A stretch of DNA of 63,848 nucleotides, counting the filler, from Octopus bimaculoides (taxonomy: Eukaryota): the NCBI RefSeq assembly GCF_001194135.2. It is 6 parts of 6 records of this genome, joined end to end, with 100 filler letters (N's around TTAATTAATTAA, not from the genome) between each part and the next. Parts side by side here need not be neighbours in the genome. Positions count along the whole stretch, not along the records: positions 62,505 to 63,848 come from NW_026410451.1; 5 more parts are not named here. One strand, given 5' to 3'. Made by a program: the position numbers and the translations under genes. Below the pieces are notes generated by a model that saw only the letters and a list, made by a program, of their open reading frames with translations, did not search any database and was not told the DNA's origin. Positions 62,545 to 63,848 of the stretch are shown here, piece after piece. How positions within the stretch are numbered: the stretch's first letter is position 1; every line of letters begins with the position of its first letter.

Positions 62545-63420
62545 TGTGGCGATGACAGGCATTGCTCTCCTAGTCAGTATCACAGGCCTTTAATGAGGAT
62601 TTGACACAGTCCTTAAAACACAGCCTTGGTTTCTGCCGGGGTCTCTTTTCAATCACAAATTCCCCATATGGCATCTGCTTAAGGATTCTGCTAATAAGGT
62701 ATCCAATCCAACATAACCAGTGCTTGTGCACCATTGCCTTAATATTCAAGAGATAAGCTGTCCTCAGGACCTGTGTGTCTGGAGATTTTAAGGTCCAGCC
62801 AACATTCAGAATGTATCTGAGACATCTCTGATGAAAGAGTTCAAGGACCTTACAGGACATTTGTAAAGGGTCCATTTCTCACATGAGTAAAGGAACGATG
62901 TCAGTACACATGCATGGTACACAGCAATTTTTGTTTGCTTTGTGATGCCATGCTGGGACCAGACACAAGACTGAAGAGACTGGAAGGANNNNNNNNNNTT
63001 TGTTTGCTTTGTGATGCCATGCTGGGACCAGACACAAGACTGAAGAGACTGGAAGGAATCAGTTGCTCTCTGCAGCCTGAAAGATATTTTATCATCCAGG
63101 GAGCAAGCACGACTGAGTGTGCTGCCCAGGTAGACAAATTTGTCTACCACTTTCAGAATTGTTCCTTCAACCAAGATAACTGGTACCACATGTGGATTTC
63201 CTGGTACAGGCTGAAACATTACAACAGTCTTGTCCAGGCTAATGCTAGGTTCAAATGTCTCGCAAGAAGTAGAAATATGATTCATAAGTATTTGCATGTA
63301 ATCTGCTGTAAGTAACTAAATCACAGTCATCTCCATTAAGGAGGTCAAAAATAAGCAACTGGAAACTTTTGAATTGGCAGCATATTAGCGCAGATTGAAG
63401 AGGCAGCCAGAAGATCAATA
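62545..63420 (-). mobile_element. RTE (BovB-like) LINE RT C-terminal remnant
   Basis: ISLDKTVVMFQP, KVVDKFVYLGSTLS, KIAVYHACVLTSFLYSCE, LELFHQRCLRYIL and RLCFKDCVKSSLK. Confidence 0.92.
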
Positions 63421-63494
63421 CCTGACATATATTCCCAGTGAGCTAACCTTAGCAAAAGCATGAATAAAAGCAGCAGCAAACTACAAATACAAAT

Positions 63495-63608
63495 ACATAT
63501 TTACACACACACATATATATATACATATATACATATATATATACACATATATATACATACACATACATACATATATATATATATATACATACATATAAAT
63601 ATATATAC

Positions 63609-63639
<31 letters not shown>

Positions 63640-63660
63640 CATACATATAAATATATATAC

Positions 63661-63691
<31 letters not shown>

Positions 63692-63712
63692 CATACATAT
63701 AAATATATATAC

Positions 63713-63757
<45 letters not shown>

Positions 63758-63848
63758 CACACATATATATATATAAATATATATACATACATATACATAT
63801 ATATATAAATATATATACATACATATACATATATATAAATATATATAC
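63495..63848. repeat. (TA/CATA)n microsatellite with higher-order units
   Basis: A unit of about 52 bp x3, then a unit of about 32 bp x2-3. Confidence 0.9.

Noticed and set aside
13689-63060. Exact 35-60 bp direct repeats flanking 10-N gaps (13689-13770, 47130-47225, 57576-57685, 62925-63055)
   Set aside because: Unmerged contig overlaps, not tandem duplications.

Overview
This is AT-rich animal genomic DNA from a short-read draft assembly. It has roughly 4.5-5 kb of N gaps, TTAATTAATTAA gap linkers and one Illumina adapter remnant. The repeat content (tRNA-derived SINEs with an internal microsatellite, RTE LINE ends with (GAT)n tails, very dense TA/CA/CAT/TAA microsatellites) suggests an octopod cephalopod; this is an inference and was not checked against a database. 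Most long ORFs in the track are microsatellite or N-gap artefacts, or dead transposons: two DD34D mariners, two DD37D-type (maT) elements, several RTE LINE pieces, three Penelope pieces, an R4/Dong 3' end, CR1-like scraps, MITEs and at least three SINE families. No rRNA, tRNA gene, CRISPR array or prokaryotic feature was seen. The main signal missed by the ORF track is a + strand host gene built from five small, phase-compatible GT-AG exons (22945-22968, 28101-28174, 48473-48514, 55544-55595, 58060-58143). They join into an uninterrupted 92-aa frame, MDHWKIRLVAPVNSTENYAGFLLRISEGKYPYWLTNALWGIWLWDTVSPLHQSGTVELSVLIRLVKAVVLNPKHGFNVDRNLTKEDINTLIK, which starts in a CpG-rich zone and probably continues past the last exon found. 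I do not recognise the protein. Other notable items are a near-perfect 126-bp inverted-repeat MITE inside the putative promoter zone, a 420-bp foldback element, a triple-nested MITE>SINE>SINE insertion, and microsatellite-targeted retroelement insertions. I cannot support a wholly new biological system from the sequence alone.
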